Shown piece after piece: positions 28,971-39,946 of a stretch of DNA of 60,175 bases. The position numbers and the translations under genes were made by a program. The stretch comes from an uncultured virus (IMG/VR IMGVR_UViG_3300005405_000008) (taxonomy: Duplodnaviria > Heunggongvirae > Uroviricota > Caudoviricetes), in IMG/VR virus record IMGVR_UViG_3300005405_000008, positions 62,001 through 122,175 of that record; one strand, 5' to 3'. Numbering within the stretch: the first letter of the stretch is position 1; each line of letters starts with the position of its first letter. The notes below the pieces were generated by a model. The model searched no databases and was not told the origin of the DNA. It saw only the letters and a program-made list of their open reading frames with translations.

Positions 28971-29512
28971 TACCAATAAATCTATTAATTCATTGGGTGA
29001 AAGGATGATTAAAAATGAGTTTAAAGGATGTTAAACAGGGATTATTCGATGAATATATTGACAGGGGAATGTCAGAAAAAGACTTTGATAAGGTATTTAA
29101 GAAAGCAATGGATAGCGAATATGTAAGAAAAGCAATATCAGATGCTTTTAATGATGAGCATAATATTTTATTAGAAAAAAGAATGTTTAGATAATTTTAA
29201 CCCAATCAATAGCAAGTTTGCTAGGAATAGAAAGGAGTTTTAAAAAATGATTAAGTTAATATGTAAAAAGTCAGTTCATGGTTTTATCGAGGGTGAAATG
29301 TATTATGGACATTTTGATAAAGATTATAATTTTCACTCTGTTAATCTTAAAAGCGAAGAATATGTTTGTGAAAATGAAGAATGGAAAGAAATATTTGATG
29401 TAAAACATTAACACTGGTCTGAGTCGGTATAATACGCCTTAAGCTCAGAGCGTTAGCAGGGTTTATAACAATCCTGCTAGGTGGTATCAAAATAACAAGG
29501 AGGTGTAAGATT

Positions 29513-29743
29513 ATGAAACTAGTAGAAAAGAAAAGGATTGAATTACCTGTAATAGTTTGGTATGACCATATGGCAAGTGATAGATTCCCAGGAAAGGCAT
29601 GGAATTATACCTTTAGGGATCAAGATGGTAACGAATATTCATGGGATACAACTACGGAACCAGAAATTTACGCTAGTGAAAAATGGTTAGTTAAAATGAC
29701 TTTAATTGGTAAAGACGAATGTTTAGGTTTCCTTTCTTTATAG
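29513..29743 (+). CDS. Hypothetical protein
   Basis: AGGAGG RBS. Confidence 0.6.
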   Translation: MKLVEKKRIELPVIVWYDHMASDRFPGKAWNYTFRDQDGNEYSWDTTTEPEIYASEKWLVKMTLIGKDECLGFLSL

Positions 29744-29810
29744 TTAATCAAGTAAGATTGATTAAGAAATTACCAAATGAAAAGTAAAATTTATTGTATT
29801 TAAGAAAGGA

Positions 29811-30032
29811 ATGATTTTAATGTCAAAATTATTAGTTAATAAGCGTTCAAATTATGCAGGAGGTATTTGGGTGTGGGCAGGTACAGAAGGAACGATTGAA
29901 GAATGTAAATATACAAAAAACTGTCCTAATTGTAAGGATAAATTACAATTTCATCCTAGTTTAATTGGATTTCAAAATGATATTGTTTGTATTAATAAAA
30001 ATGAAGTTATAACAGAAAAGGAGTTAGTATAA
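29811..30032 (+). CDS. Hypothetical protein
   Basis: ORF with RBS. Confidence 0.6.
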   Translation: MILMSKLLVNKRSNYAGGIWVWAGTEGTIEECKYTKNCPNCKDKLQFHPSLIGFQNDIVCINKNEVITEKELV

Positions 30033-30391
30033 TGAGAATAAAAGAATTAAAAAAGAAAATAGAAGAACAGAGAAATAAAAATATAGCACTATACAATTCA
30101 ATTTCTTGGATGCCAACACATGAAGATCCATTAAACAAAAAAGCTGATCCAATTTTAGCAGAGTGGAGGGAAGGAAGTAAAAAACTAAAGGGTATGATTA
30201 AGGAGTTATTAGAATTAGAAAGAATGGTAAAAGATACGAATAGAACAAACGAAAATAATAAAACGGAAGATAATAAAACGTTTGTCAACGGTTATGGAGA
30301 AGCAACAACAAGAAATATAACTTGCTCAGGATATGAAAGAGCAGAAAAAAGGAATAGTAAAGCGATATTATCATTTATAGGAAGTCGATAA
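30032..30391 (+). CDS. Hypothetical protein
   Basis: Coupled ORF; FVNGYGEAT motif. Confidence 0.7.
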   Translation: MRIKELKKKIEEQRNKNIALYNSISWMPTHEDPLNKKADPILAEWREGSKKLKGMIKELLELERMVKDTNRTNENNKTEDNKTFVNGYGEATTRNITCSGYERAEKRNSKAILSFIGSR

Positions 30392-30650
30392 AAGTAAAAT
30401 TTATCGTATTAGAAAGGAGTTTTAAGAATGTATAACTATGAACTACACTGGATTAAAGAAGGTAAAATTGAGACCTTAAAGGGTGATAGTTTAAAAGAAG
30501 CATGTGAGGCAGTAGGATATGATGCTAGTAAAATTAAAATGTCTGAATGCTATGTTCTTACTAATCAACCAAAAGGATTCGGAAGATAATCAGTGCTAAC
30601 GATTTAAACCCATATTCGCTATAACAGCAGACTATATAACAGCATGGGTT

Positions 30651-30914
30651 ATGGCGTTGGTGGGTTTATATGGGGAACATGGGTTAGTAAATAATTATGA
30701 GGAGTGTATTAAGATGGAAATTAAAAGAACTAAAAAATTAACTTTAAAGAGAGCTTTAAAAATTCTTCAATTAAGATATGGAACACAAGTGCAAAATATT
30801 AGAAAAAATAATAATTTCTATATAGCTGATTCAATTTGCAATACTTTAAAAGAATTCAGTAGAACAGACATATTAAATATTGAGGATCAAATATATTCTT
30901 CTTTTGGTTGTTGA
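30651..30914 (+). CDS. Hypothetical protein (true start probably MEIK)
   Basis: GAGGAG precedes the internal ATG. Confidence 0.55.
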   Translation: MALVGLYGEHGLVNNYEECIKMEIKRTKKLTLKRALKILQLRYGTQVQNIRKNNNFYIADSICNTLKEFSRTDILNIEDQIYSSFGC

Positions 30915-31250
30915 TTATCCACTAAAATGCTATTTTGGTAGGATGTCAATAACAGCAACTAATATTTATTGCATGGATTTTCAAACATCCGAATAACGGA
31001 CGTTAGAGAATTTTCACAATTATGTGAAGCAAGAACAATGTTCCTATATCTGGTGAAAACCTTGCCACAAACTAACTGTACGTTATTGTATAGTTTATTT
31101 TTCAAGTGATAGACTGTGAATTCAAAGGCGCAAACAGAGACTTTAAAAGTACGAAAAGCAAACCATATTTATTGCGTGGAAGGTATTGTAATTTATTTAA
31201 AAGTGTAATATAATGTAATCAAGAAATAAATATTTAAGGAGTGATACATA

Positions 31251-31430
31251 ATTGTTACTCTAGACACAAACGAAAAACTATTTAATCCTATTGAAGCAGA
31301 AACTTTTGTTAACGTGATGAAAATAAATGATCCAGATTGGACTTATGTTGCTTGTTATGATCCTAAAGGAACTGGTTATAGTTTTATCAATATTTATGAT
31401 GAGAATGGAGATTTTGTTTCTAAGGTTTAA
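31251..31430 (+). CDS. Small protein with ATT/ATA start, absent from the ORF track
   Basis: AAGGAGTG RBS, then IVTLDTNEKLFNPIEAE...DENGDFVSKV stop, 59 codons. Confidence 0.55.
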   Translation: MVTLDTNEKLFNPIEAETFVNVMKINDPDWTYVACYDPKGTGYSFINIYDENGDFVSKV

Positions 31431-31495
31431 TTCTTAAAAGAGTATATTTTTATTTTTATTATAAAAATAAAAATAAAAGAGGAGAGTGTGTTTAA

Positions 31496-32029
31496 ATGTT
31501 TGAAACTATTGTTAAAAACTATAAAAACTTTGTCATCAAAGTTGAAGAGGGTATTGAAAAAGGATTATTCTTTAGAAGTCCAGTTCAAAAAGTAGACTTC
31601 GGGACATGGGATGAAGACCAATTTAATGCCTATACATATCTTTCAAAAATCAAAAATCCTTTGTTCAGATTTAAAGAAATATTAAAAGGCAATCGTAATA
31701 TTATTGCCAATATTGAAAGATGGGCAGAAAACGACGATGATGGGAGTTGGGCAGGGTTCAAAGCAAATGTATTGTGCTTTCCAGTTTATTTTAGTAGGGC
31801 GTTTAGGCGTTTAGAGGCAATTTCTCAGTTACCAGATACAAATATACAAGAGATAAAATCATACGGATATGAAAGTCAATACAACAAATGTGGTGGATCT
31901 TGTGCAATTGAAAAGACTGTGTTTAAATTAAAGAATGGGAAAAGGATTAATGTTAATGTGTCAGAATCTTTCAAATACACATATAAACATAAGGTTGAAG
32001 AAATAATTGATTCTGATAATGTAGTTTAA
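31496..32029 (+). CDS. Hypothetical protein
   Basis: 177 aa ORF with RBS. Confidence 0.75.
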   Translation: MFETIVKNYKNFVIKVEEGIEKGLFFRSPVQKVDFGTWDEDQFNAYTYLSKIKNPLFRFKEILKGNRNIIANIERWAENDDDGSWAGFKANVLCFPVYFSRAFRRLEAISQLPDTNIQEIKSYGYESQYNKCGGSCAIEKTVFKLKNGKRINVNVSESFKYTYKHKVEEIIDSDNVV

Positions 32030-32232
32030 AAGGCAGATTTTATTCTAAATATGAAAGGAGTTTTAAAAATGAATTGGATGTGGGAAGAAAAAGACAAGTC
32101 TTGTGAAGATTGTTATCATAGGGGATATTGTGTAAAGAAAAACGATACCAAACAAGGTAAATATTGTTTAAGTCATAACACGATTAGTTTACTAGATTGT
32201 AACTGGTGTAAAGATATTAAGTAAATTAAAAT

Positions 32233-32478
32233 TTGAGAGGATGGATTAAAATGAGATTTGCATTACCAACTAGAGTATTCGTTAGAGAAGAGAACGGACT
32301 TTATAATGTATATTTAGATGATAAAATACAAAAGTCATTTATCAAGAAAGAGGCAACTGAAAATCATGATCCTCATTTGTCAGCACATTTTTATGCTGGA
32401 GACTTAGCTGAAGAGTATGATTGCATGTATACAGATGAAGTGGAATGTAAGATAAAATATAACATTGATTGTATTTAA
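32233..32478 (+). CDS. Hypothetical protein
   Basis: ORF with RBS. Confidence 0.6.
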   Translation: MRGWIKMRFALPTRVFVREENGLYNVYLDDKIQKSFIKKEATENHDPHLSAHFYAGDLAEEYDCMYTDEVECKIKYNIDCI

Positions 32479-32496
32479 GAAAGGGGAATATTTAAA

Positions 32497-32751
32497 ATGT
32501 TTGAATTAAAACCAAAGGTTAATATTGGAGATACAGTTGAAATGACTTGCAATATCCAAACTTCATATAATTATAATATTGGTATTCATTTTGTAAAAGG
32601 GAAAAGACTAAAAGTTAAAGATATTAGAATAGAGATTATGTTGAGTACAGGAAAAATTAAATATTCTTATATATTAGATGCAGGATGGACATTAGGATGG
32701 GCAGACGGAGAGGATTTTAAAGTTATTAATGAATTAGAACAAACAGCTTAA
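32497..32751 (+). CDS. Hypothetical protein
   Basis: ORF with RBS. Confidence 0.65.
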   Translation: MFELKPKVNIGDTVEMTCNIQTSYNYNIGIHFVKGKRLKVKDIRIEIMLSTGKIKYSYILDAGWTLGWADGEDFKVINELEQTA

Positions 32752-32969
32752 AATCGCTCTTTTATGACTATTATAGGAGGTAAAAGTAAATGGATTTTAA
32801 ACCAGGAGATTACGTAGAAAGTATAGTCTGCAATAGAATTTCAGGGAAAATAAAAAAGATTCTTAGTAGTACAAATTTTATATTACAAGTAGGAGATAAG
32901 GAAATTTTGTGTCATACAGAATATTATAAAAAAGTTATTTAATGATATAATCAAAAGGAGATATAACAA

Positions 32970-33167
32970 ATGAAAGAAGCAATTGTCTCATCATTACCTT
33001 ATTGCGATATCTGTAAAATAGATGACAAATTTACTAAAGCTAATTATGATGCTAAGACAAATTTAATAGGTCAATGGGCTTATTTGTGCGAAGAACACTA
33101 TCAAAAATATGGTATTGGGTTAGGAGAAGGCAAAGGACAGAGATTGATAGTAGAGGAGGAACAATAA
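32970..33167 (+). CDS. Conserved small Cys/His phage protein
   Basis: CDIC, YDAKT, GQWAYLC, GLGEGKGQ motifs. Confidence 0.75.
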   Translation: MKEAIVSSLPYCDICKIDDKFTKANYDAKTNLIGQWAYLCEEHYQKYGIGLGEGKGQRLIVEEEQ

Positions 33168-33955
33168 TGATACCACGTAAATATATTGTAACCCTAACAA
33201 ATGGAACAGTAGAACATCAATATAAGATCTCTGCAACGAATCAAGAACAAGCAATTATATTAGCTCAAGCTGAAGCTATCAACCTAGCAAGAGGATATGA
33301 ATTTGTATCAATTATCGAGGAAGATATTTCTAAGGTCTTTTATTGTCATGCTAACAACATCGCTATGAAATATCTATAATTGAACCGATATAACTTGGAT
33401 TTTGACAGAAGTAAATATGAAAATAAAACCGTTGAAGAAATAGTTGAGGAATTTAGAGAATTCTATTCTAAAAGACTCCCTATTGATGCAACCACTTGGA
33501 TAAGAGTAAACAGTCCTAGCGATAATATGATTTATAAGCAAGGATTCTCAGATCAAGTGTGTTTTGTGCGAGATACCATCAACTACTTGTTCTATGACAA
33601 TTACGAGGAACTTAAAGCTAATCCAGTTTTAGTAATCAACACTCATACATCTAAATCAATCAAGCTACCTGTCTATAAAATCAATTTGAAAAAATATAAT
33701 TTATCCATGATAATCAGAAATAATTTTCATAATTGGAAAGTATCAGTTATATCTGAGAAGGAAATTAATGCAGACTTTATGAGTTTGTTTGATGAGACTG
33801 AAATAATTAATTCTATATATTGCGAGGGATTTAAAGAGGATCAAGTTTTTGAATGTTTCAAAGATAACAAGAAACGTTTTACTATCGAGATTGGAGACAG
33901 GAATAGGTTATTTACTTTTATGTACTTGTTAAATAATTATTTAAGGAAACTATAG
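33167..33955 (+). pseudogene. Hypothetical gene split by one in-frame TAA at 33377-33379, or two abutting ORFs
   Basis: Both parts share a frame; no RBS before the TTG at 33380. Confidence 0.5.
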
Positions 33956-34003
33956 CACTATCAAACATGCATTTTAAGCCGAAAAAGAAAGAGGGATTAG
34001 ATA

Positions 34004-34363
34004 ATGGAATTAAGACATATCAAAGAAACTAGTTGCCCCATTTGTGGATGTAATATTATAGAAAATGAGCGTGTTGAACTTGATAAGTTTTCTGATAAAC
34101 TAAAAGTTAGGTTGCATTGTAATGGGCAACAATGGGAACATAGAACTTTTGCTTGCGGTCAACGTCTTTCTTGGATACCTAATTTTAATGATGTTGAAAT
34201 AAGTGAATTTTATGTATGTTCCAATAATCAAGAATACATTGAACGCAAACAAAAGAGAGAAAAAAGTAAAGAATGGGTAATACAATATATTAATTCTTTA
34301 GAGACTGTTGACCAGGAGTTTAAAGAGAGAATGGCACATGAAATAAAAATTATTTGGGTGTAA
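34004..34363 (+). CDS. Hypothetical zinc-binding protein
   Basis: CPIC, HCNG, FACG motifs. Confidence 0.7.
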   Translation: MELRHIKETSCPICGCNIIENERVELDKFSDKLKVRLHCNGQQWEHRTFACGQRLSWIPNFNDVEISEFYVCSNNQEYIERKQKREKSKEWVIQYINSLETVDQEFKERMAHEIKIIWV

Positions 34364-34375
34364 AGGGGATTTAAG

Positions 34376-34591
34376 ATGGATATTTATGAGTTAGATTTTG
34401 ATGATATACCTAAAAATTATAATATTACAATTAATCAATGGAACTTATTGACCATAGAGCAGCAAGAGCAATACATAAAAGACAAAAATATAAGAATTAA
34501 ATATTCAACGGATATTTCTGATTGTTTAACTAGAGGTTTCGGGCATTTAGATCAGTGGGGATTCTGGGAATATCAGTGTAAACAAGTTTAA
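34376..34591 (+). CDS. Hypothetical protein
   Basis: ORF with RBS. Confidence 0.65.
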   Translation: MDIYELDFDDIPKNYNITINQWNLLTIEQQEQYIKDKNIRIKYSTDISDCLTRGFGHLDQWGFWEYQCKQV

Positions 34592-34592
34592 T

Positions 34593-34820
34593 TTGAAAGG
34601 AGAATCTAAGATGAGAAAAGATATTTATTTAGGTAAACGAAATGTTTCAGCAGAAATATATTACTGTAATGTATTTAATAAATATAATATAGGTCTTACT
34701 ATCGGAGGGTTTTACACTATACTAAATAAAAAATTTGATACAGAAGATCAAGCGCAAGAATATATTTATGATAATTTCAATATGTGTAATGATTTTGGAT
34801 TGTTTGGATGGGAAGATTAA
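34593..34820 (+). CDS. Hypothetical protein
   Basis: AGGAG precedes the internal ATG. Confidence 0.6.
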   Translation: MKGESKMRKDIYLGKRNVSAEIYYCNVFNKYNIGLTIGGFYTILNKKFDTEDQAQEYIYDNFNMCNDFGLFGWED

Positions 34821-34869
34821 TTCTCAGAAAATTACGAATTTATTCTAAATAAATTGGAGGAAAGTAATT

Positions 34870-35109
34870 ATGAATTATAATGATTGTTTTACTTGCGAAC
34901 ATGCAGATAGGGATAAACATAATAGATTTATTGACAGATGTTCTGGATATAGTAATTGCGGTTACGTAGAATTTAAAGGAGAAATTAAACCTACGTTAGC
35001 AGAAGTTATTAGAAATCTTAGTAAAAATCAAACTAATATTAGTAAAGATTATATTCAAGGTTTTAATGATGCATTAAGATTTATTAAAGTTTGGGAAGAA
35101 GATGAATAA
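34870..35109 (+). CDS. Hypothetical protein
   Basis: GGAGG RBS. Confidence 0.65.
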   Translation: MNYNDCFTCEHADRDKHNRFIDRCSGYSNCGYVEFKGEIKPTLAEVIRNLSKNQTNISKDYIQGFNDALRFIKVWEEDE

Positions 35110-35127
35110 ATTCAAGGAGATTTACAA

Positions 35128-35328
35128 TGAGCAAACTAAAAGAAATAAATCTAAAACTAACTGAAAACGAATATAGAGCATTAATAGCAATGATAGATTA
35201 TGGTTATAACGTTTGTCAAAAGCGGATGTGCATTTGGTGAAATGCAAAGTAAGAATACTGATTGTAATAAATGTCCTTATACAATTGCAAGACATAGTTT
35301 AGAAAATATGTTTGAACAAATCAAATAA
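35128..35328 (+). pseudogene. Frameshifted small gene
   Basis: MSKLKEINLKL...VCQ continues as SGCAFGEMQ...CNKC in another frame after an A-run at about 35218. Confidence 0.45.
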
Positions 35329-35337
35329 TACTTTTAA

Positions 35338-36165
35338 TTGAAAAATAAAGGAGAAATACTGATGACAAGACAAGAATATAAACAAAAACTGATGAGGAAA
35401 ATTATCTTTACTCACAAAATTAAAGACAAAGAAATAATAAAAGAACTCAAAAATGCATCTTTTGAGGACACAATATTATTACATATTCAAATGCTTCCGT
35501 TGCCCCGAACATTAAACCAACATAATAGTCAATTTATCTGGATTAAAAGACATTGTGATTATGCAATAAGATATAAAAGAGAATGTTCTAATAAGTTAAC
35601 AGATTTAAAGAACGAATATTCTAAATTTATTAAAGAAAATAAAATCAAAAACACAAACGATTTTACGCCAGAACAATATACAAAATATCGACTATTACTA
35701 GAACTTATATCCTTAGAAGAACAAAATCTAGAAACAACTAAAGATAGTATTGTTGACTTAAATGGCAAACTTGAGTATATTTGTGATTATTATGATAAGA
35801 TTAATTTATCACTAGAAGAATTTGCTTCTTTGTGCGGCATTAATTATGTCAGTGCTAAATTAAATATAAAAGATGAGACTGACGATACAGAAGATTATAA
35901 GCACTGGAATTATCTTTTTAATGGTATTGAGGATTCTAGGGAAGATACGGGTTGGAAATATAATAGAAATGGTATGCCGATCTTTCATTTAACAACTCAA
36001 AATTTTATGATAATGATGGAACGTAATAAAGAATTGAAAGATAAAGTAGATGATTATGTAATGCATACAATGGGTATGGCAAAAGGAGCTATGAAGTTTA
36101 AAACAGATGATGAAGGGAATCAGATATTAGAAAAATATTATCCTCCATTAAATGTTATTAAATAG
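35338..36165 (+). CDS. Hypothetical protein
   Basis: 275 aa ORF. Confidence 0.75.
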   Translation: MKNKGEILMTRQEYKQKLMRKIIFTHKIKDKEIIKELKNASFEDTILLHIQMLPLPRTLNQHNSQFIWIKRHCDYAIRYKRECSNKLTDLKNEYSKFIKENKIKNTNDFTPEQYTKYRLLLELISLEEQNLETTKDSIVDLNGKLEYICDYYDKINLSLEEFASLCGINYVSAKLNIKDETDDTEDYKHWNYLFNGIEDSREDTGWKYNRNGMPIFHLTTQNFMIMMERNKELKDKVDDYVMHTMGMAKGAMKFKTDDEGNQILEKYYPPLNVIK

Positions 36166-36282
36166 CATAGGGTTAATAAGTTAAGGATGTGATGATACAT
36201 ATGATTGTACTGAATTAAAAGTTTAAAATACATATTACAATGATAATAAAATAAATAAAAAGAAGGATGGTAATATATTAAT

Positions 36283-37248
36283 ATGAGTAATGAATTAACA
36301 ATTTTTGAAGGACAAGAATTAGAAATCCTAACAAAAGATGATGTAAATTTTGAGTTTGAAGGTACTGTATTATTTAATGGTAAACAAGTTTCCAATATTT
36401 TAGGTTATGCTGTTAATTGTACTACTAAAGAAAGTGAGAGAGTTAATTTATCTAAAGCCATTACAAATAATGTAGATGAAGAAAGTAGGTTTCTTGTTAC
36501 GAAAGAAAGTTTTCGTAACTTGGGAGGTTACGAAAATTATACTATAGGAACTAGAGGAGAAATATTTATAAATGAAGATGGTGCATTTGATCTGATTTAT
36601 AATTCACTACTTCCTCAAGCTAAACAATTCAAGAAAAAAGTAAAATCAATAATTTCTCAAATTCAAAGAACAGGTAGATTCGATTCAACAGAAAATAATA
36701 TAATGCTTATCGAAGATGAAACAGAAAGAAATATCACACTTACAATATACAATCTCAAACAAACATTAACCAATAATCCTAATGATATGCTTATGCAATT
36801 TGCTTATAATTCTAAGGTGACTGACTTAACAGCATATAAACAGTCAAAAATGTTAGCATTAATGCAAAGTCAAGTTGACGATATAAAAGCCGATACAGAA
36901 CTAATTAAAGGTCAACAAGTATTTATCTGTGATCGTACCAATTTCTCTGAAAAGATGGTGATTCTTGCTAATAAATATTTTGGAAGAGATAAATCAAAAG
37001 CATATAATGCTCTATTTAGTAAAATGAAGACGTTAGGTAGTTTTGATGTTTATGCAAGACGTAAAAATGAATGGGATAAAATTAATGAGGATAGGGTGGT
37101 TGAAGGCAAAGATCCATATAAACTGAGTACGCTTAAAGGTAAAGTTAATTATTTAGATATCATAGATAAAAATGATAAATGGCAGTTGTGTTCCGAAGCA
37201 TATAAAACAATCGAAACTGAGGAATATGCCACAAGTACATCAAAATAA
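36283..37248 (+). CDS. BRO-N domain antirepressor-like protein
   Basis: LTIFEG, FNGKQVSNILGY, FINEDG..DLI.NS.LP.AK.FK motifs. Confidence 0.85.
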   Translation: MSNELTIFEGQELEILTKDDVNFEFEGTVLFNGKQVSNILGYAVNCTTKESERVNLSKAITNNVDEESRFLVTKESFRNLGGYENYTIGTRGEIFINEDGAFDLIYNSLLPQAKQFKKKVKSIISQIQRTGRFDSTENNIMLIEDETERNITLTIYNLKQTLTNNPNDMLMQFAYNSKVTDLTAYKQSKMLALMQSQVDDIKADTELIKGQQVFICDRTNFSEKMVILANKYFGRDKSKAYNALFSKMKTLGSFDVYARRKNEWDKINEDRVVEGKDPYKLSTLKGKVNYLDIIDKNDKWQLCSEAYKTIETEEYATSTSK

Positions 37249-37262
37249 TTACATAATACATA

Positions 37263-37296
37263 AAAAGCAGGACATAAACCTCCTGCTTTCTATTTA
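37263..37296 (+). terminator. Intrinsic terminator
   Basis: AAAGCAGGA...TCCTGCTTT stem followed by a T-rich tract. Confidence 0.65.
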
Positions 37297-37373
37297 TTTG
37301 TACCTATAAAAACGCAATTTGCTTGGAATATATAAAACGTAAAATAATATTTTTTATTTATCCTAAATTGGTG

Positions 37374-37402
37374 TTGACATACCAATTACCAAGATATATA
37401 CT
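37374..37402 (+). promoter_or_regulatory. SigmaA-type promoter
   Basis: TTGACA-17-TATACT. Confidence 0.7.
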
Positions 37403-37454
37403 ATACTCAAGAGAGAAAACAAATCAACTAGAAAGCAGGTGAATACATAGAAAA

Positions 37455-37721
37455 ATGAATCACATTCAGCAGAAGGATTTAGAATCACTTATAGAAAAAT
37501 ACAATGCAACTGATTCTACTGTCATAAAAAGCAATCTAGTAAGAATTATTGACAATTCAGAATATCATAGGAATGGTCAGGGTTTAGCAGATAAAACCGG
37601 ATTGAGTATTGAAACAATTTATCAATATCGAAAAGTTAGTAAGAAGACCAATATTAGTTTTGAAAATGCTTTAAGGTTAGTTAATGCATTAGGGGTTAAG
37701 ATTGAAGATTTAATGGAGTGA
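37455..37721 (+). CDS. XRE/Cro-like HTH regulator
   Basis: LADKTGLSIETI...ISFENALRLVNALGVKIEDL. Confidence 0.8.
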   Translation: MNHIQQKDLESLIEKYNATDSTVIKSNLVRIIDNSEYHRNGQGLADKTGLSIETIYQYRKVSKKTNISFENALRLVNALGVKIEDLME

Positions 37722-38107
37722 GTGAAAGGATGATTAAGATGGGTAAAAATGACAGGTTTTATTACATTTCTCATGGCGATGGGTGTGTTCACAATATTAA
37801 TGATGTTGAGCATTTTATAGAAAATAAGGAAGGATATATTGGTGCTTGTATTGGGAAAGATTTAGGCGAAGAGGGTTTCAGAGTAGATGAAGAAGTTGTC
37901 TTGCATACAATAGCGGACATTGTGGAATTATTTAAAGAATTGAAAGGAGTGAACTTTTTGACTAATAAAGATAAACCTATTAAAATACAGTGGAATGAAT
38001 ATGCAAGAGGATTTTACTGTCCAATTTGTTTTACAGGCACAGCCAGTAATACACAACAATGTAAATATTGCGGTCAAAAATTATTACCAATGTATAATTT
38101 CAAATAA
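37718..38107 (+). CDS. Hypothetical protein with C-terminal zinc ribbon
   Basis: CPIC and CKYCGQKL motifs. Confidence 0.7.
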   Translation: MSERMIKMGKNDRFYYISHGDGCVHNINDVEHFIENKEGYIGACIGKDLGEEGFRVDEEVVLHTIADIVELFKELKGVNFLTNKDKPIKIQWNEYARGFYCPICFTGTASNTQQCKYCGQKLLPMYNFK

Positions 38108-38149
38108 CTAGATTAAACCTAAATTTACAGGACAGAAGGAGTTGGCGAT

Positions 38150-38344
38150 ATGCGTAAAGAAGACTTAGTAAAACTTTTAAATGGCGAGTCAGTGAAAATT
38201 GGTAAGAATCAAATTTATTTAGATAGTGACGGTTTCTTTATAGTTGAGAAATATGATCACACTGAAAACAAAGTAGAATTTTTTAATGTATTCGAAGGAT
38301 ATAGAAGTATTGAACTTGCAATTAAAACTGCAAAAGAGATTTAA
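38150..38344 (+). CDS. Hypothetical protein
   Basis: AGGAG RBS. Confidence 0.65.
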   Translation: MRKEDLVKLLNGESVKIGKNQIYLDSDGFFIVEKYDHTENKVEFFNVFEGYRSIELAIKTAKEI

Positions 38345-38376
38345 AATTAATTAAGAAGAAAGAGAGTGATTATATT

Positions 38377-38838
38377 ATGATTAAAAAAATCGGAATGTGC
38401 AACAAAGACACAAGAGAAGGTTTTGGAAATATGTATTGCCGGACACAAGAACGTGCAAAAGAGATTGTTGAGTTAGTTAGAAAATCAAAAAGATGGAAAG
38501 GAATATTAGATTATAACCAAGATATTGAAATAGATATCAAAGAAATCTCAGAAGAACAATATTGGAATGAGTGGCTTGAAGAATTTACAAAGAGAACAGA
38601 ATCCGAATTGTTTAATTCTTTTATTAAAGACTTAGATAAAGTATACAGAAGAACTTTTGAAGGATTCCCTGATGTTAATCACGATGGAGAAGTATCTCTT
38701 TATCTTGATAAAGATTTTACAAAATATCTAGATGGTTGTTTAACTTACGATAAACCCATTTGCTCACTAGGAGAAATGATAGAAGATTTAAAAGGTAACA
38801 AAATCAGAATTACTATAGAAGTTATTCAATTGGCATAA
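38377..38838 (+). CDS. Hypothetical protein
   Basis: 153 aa ORF. Confidence 0.7.
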   Translation: MIKKIGMCNKDTREGFGNMYCRTQERAKEIVELVRKSKRWKGILDYNQDIEIDIKEISEEQYWNEWLEEFTKRTESELFNSFIKDLDKVYRRTFEGFPDVNHDGEVSLYLDKDFTKYLDGCLTYDKPICSLGEMIEDLKGNKIRITIEVIQLA

Positions 38839-39102
38839 ATGCCTGATTTGATGTTGTTGTAAACTGACTCAACAAAAGGGTGAGCAGTTAAGAGGAGAAA
38901 TTCAAATGTTAAAAGTTAAAGAAATTAGAAGTGATGGGCAATCTATAGATAAAAAAATTAACGATTTTTTAACAGAGAATAAAATAAGTAGGGAAGATTT
39001 AATTGATATTAAATATATTACAGTAGGTGTGCCACAAACAATTAAAACAAGTTGTTTAATAATTTATGATAAACAATAACACAGATAAATGAGAGGTGCT
39101 AC

Positions 39103-39393
39103 ATGATAAACTTAAAATATCTTCCGTATTTTTATACTACAATGTCTGGAGAAGGTAAAAGCAGAGTTAAACTAATGATGCAAGAAGAACAATTATTAAC
39201 TGAAATTAAAACTATTTCCGACGAAGAACTAATGAACAAAATACAAAATGAATTTAAATCAACACATAATTATTATGACTTTATTAATTATTTAGAAATT
39301 TTGGAAAGATGTAAAAGATTATTGTTAAAAGGCATTAATGATTTTGATTATATTAGGAAATTAATCTATAAAGATTTAGATTTTGTACTTTAA
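39103..39393 (+). CDS. Hypothetical protein
   Basis: GAGG RBS. Confidence 0.65.
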   Translation: MINLKYLPYFYTTMSGEGKSRVKLMMQEEQLLTEIKTISDEELMNKIQNEFKSTHNYYDFINYLEILERCKRLLLKGINDFDYIRKLIYKDLDFVL

Positions 39394-39443
39394 ATGATAG
39401 ATTTAATGGTGTTTAAAATTAAGAATGAAAGAAGGAAGATGTA

Positions 39444-39734
39444 ATGAGTTATGAAGATATTAAAAGATTAGAACAGCAATTGCGTGAAGCAAAAGTAAAT
39501 CAAGAAAATTTAGAAAGAAATTGTAATCATCAATGGAATGAAGTAAAATATGATCCTGAAAAATATAGGGAAGAATATTCAACGGGAGAATATGAGACAC
39601 AAGGAGTTCATATGTGGCCTAAAACTTCATTTAGAGATGCTTTGAAACAAAGATGGAGTAGGACTTGTAAAAAATGTGGTAAAATTGAATATACCTATGA
39701 ACAAAAAGCAGTTAAATATGAACCGAAGTTTTAA
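39444..39734 (+). CDS. Hypothetical protein
   Basis: CNHQW and CKKCG motifs. Confidence 0.7.
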   Translation: MSYEDIKRLEQQLREAKVNQENLERNCNHQWNEVKYDPEKYREEYSTGEYETQGVHMWPKTSFRDALKQRWSRTCKKCGKIEYTYEQKAVKYEPKF

Positions 39735-39946
39735 TTAATTTAAATCAGTTTCAAATATTTAATTAAAGGAGTGATTTTTTTATGGATATTAATGAATTAA
39801 AAGAAAAAATTGAAGAAATGCCTAAAAGAAGCAGAGGAGTCTGCAAAGGAACCATATTTAAAAGATTTAACATATTCATTCAGGGATGGTAAAGTATACG
39901 CATTAGAGAAAGTTTTAGATCTGTTTGAAAGAAAGGAGCAAAACAA

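Noticed and set aside
31100..31170. c-di-GMP riboswitch suggested by GCAAA words
   Set aside because: The required stems and tetraloop/receptor arrangement are not present
35338..37721. Arbitrium (aimR/aimP) locus
   Set aside because: No ~380-aa TPR receptor followed by a propeptide is visible in the window
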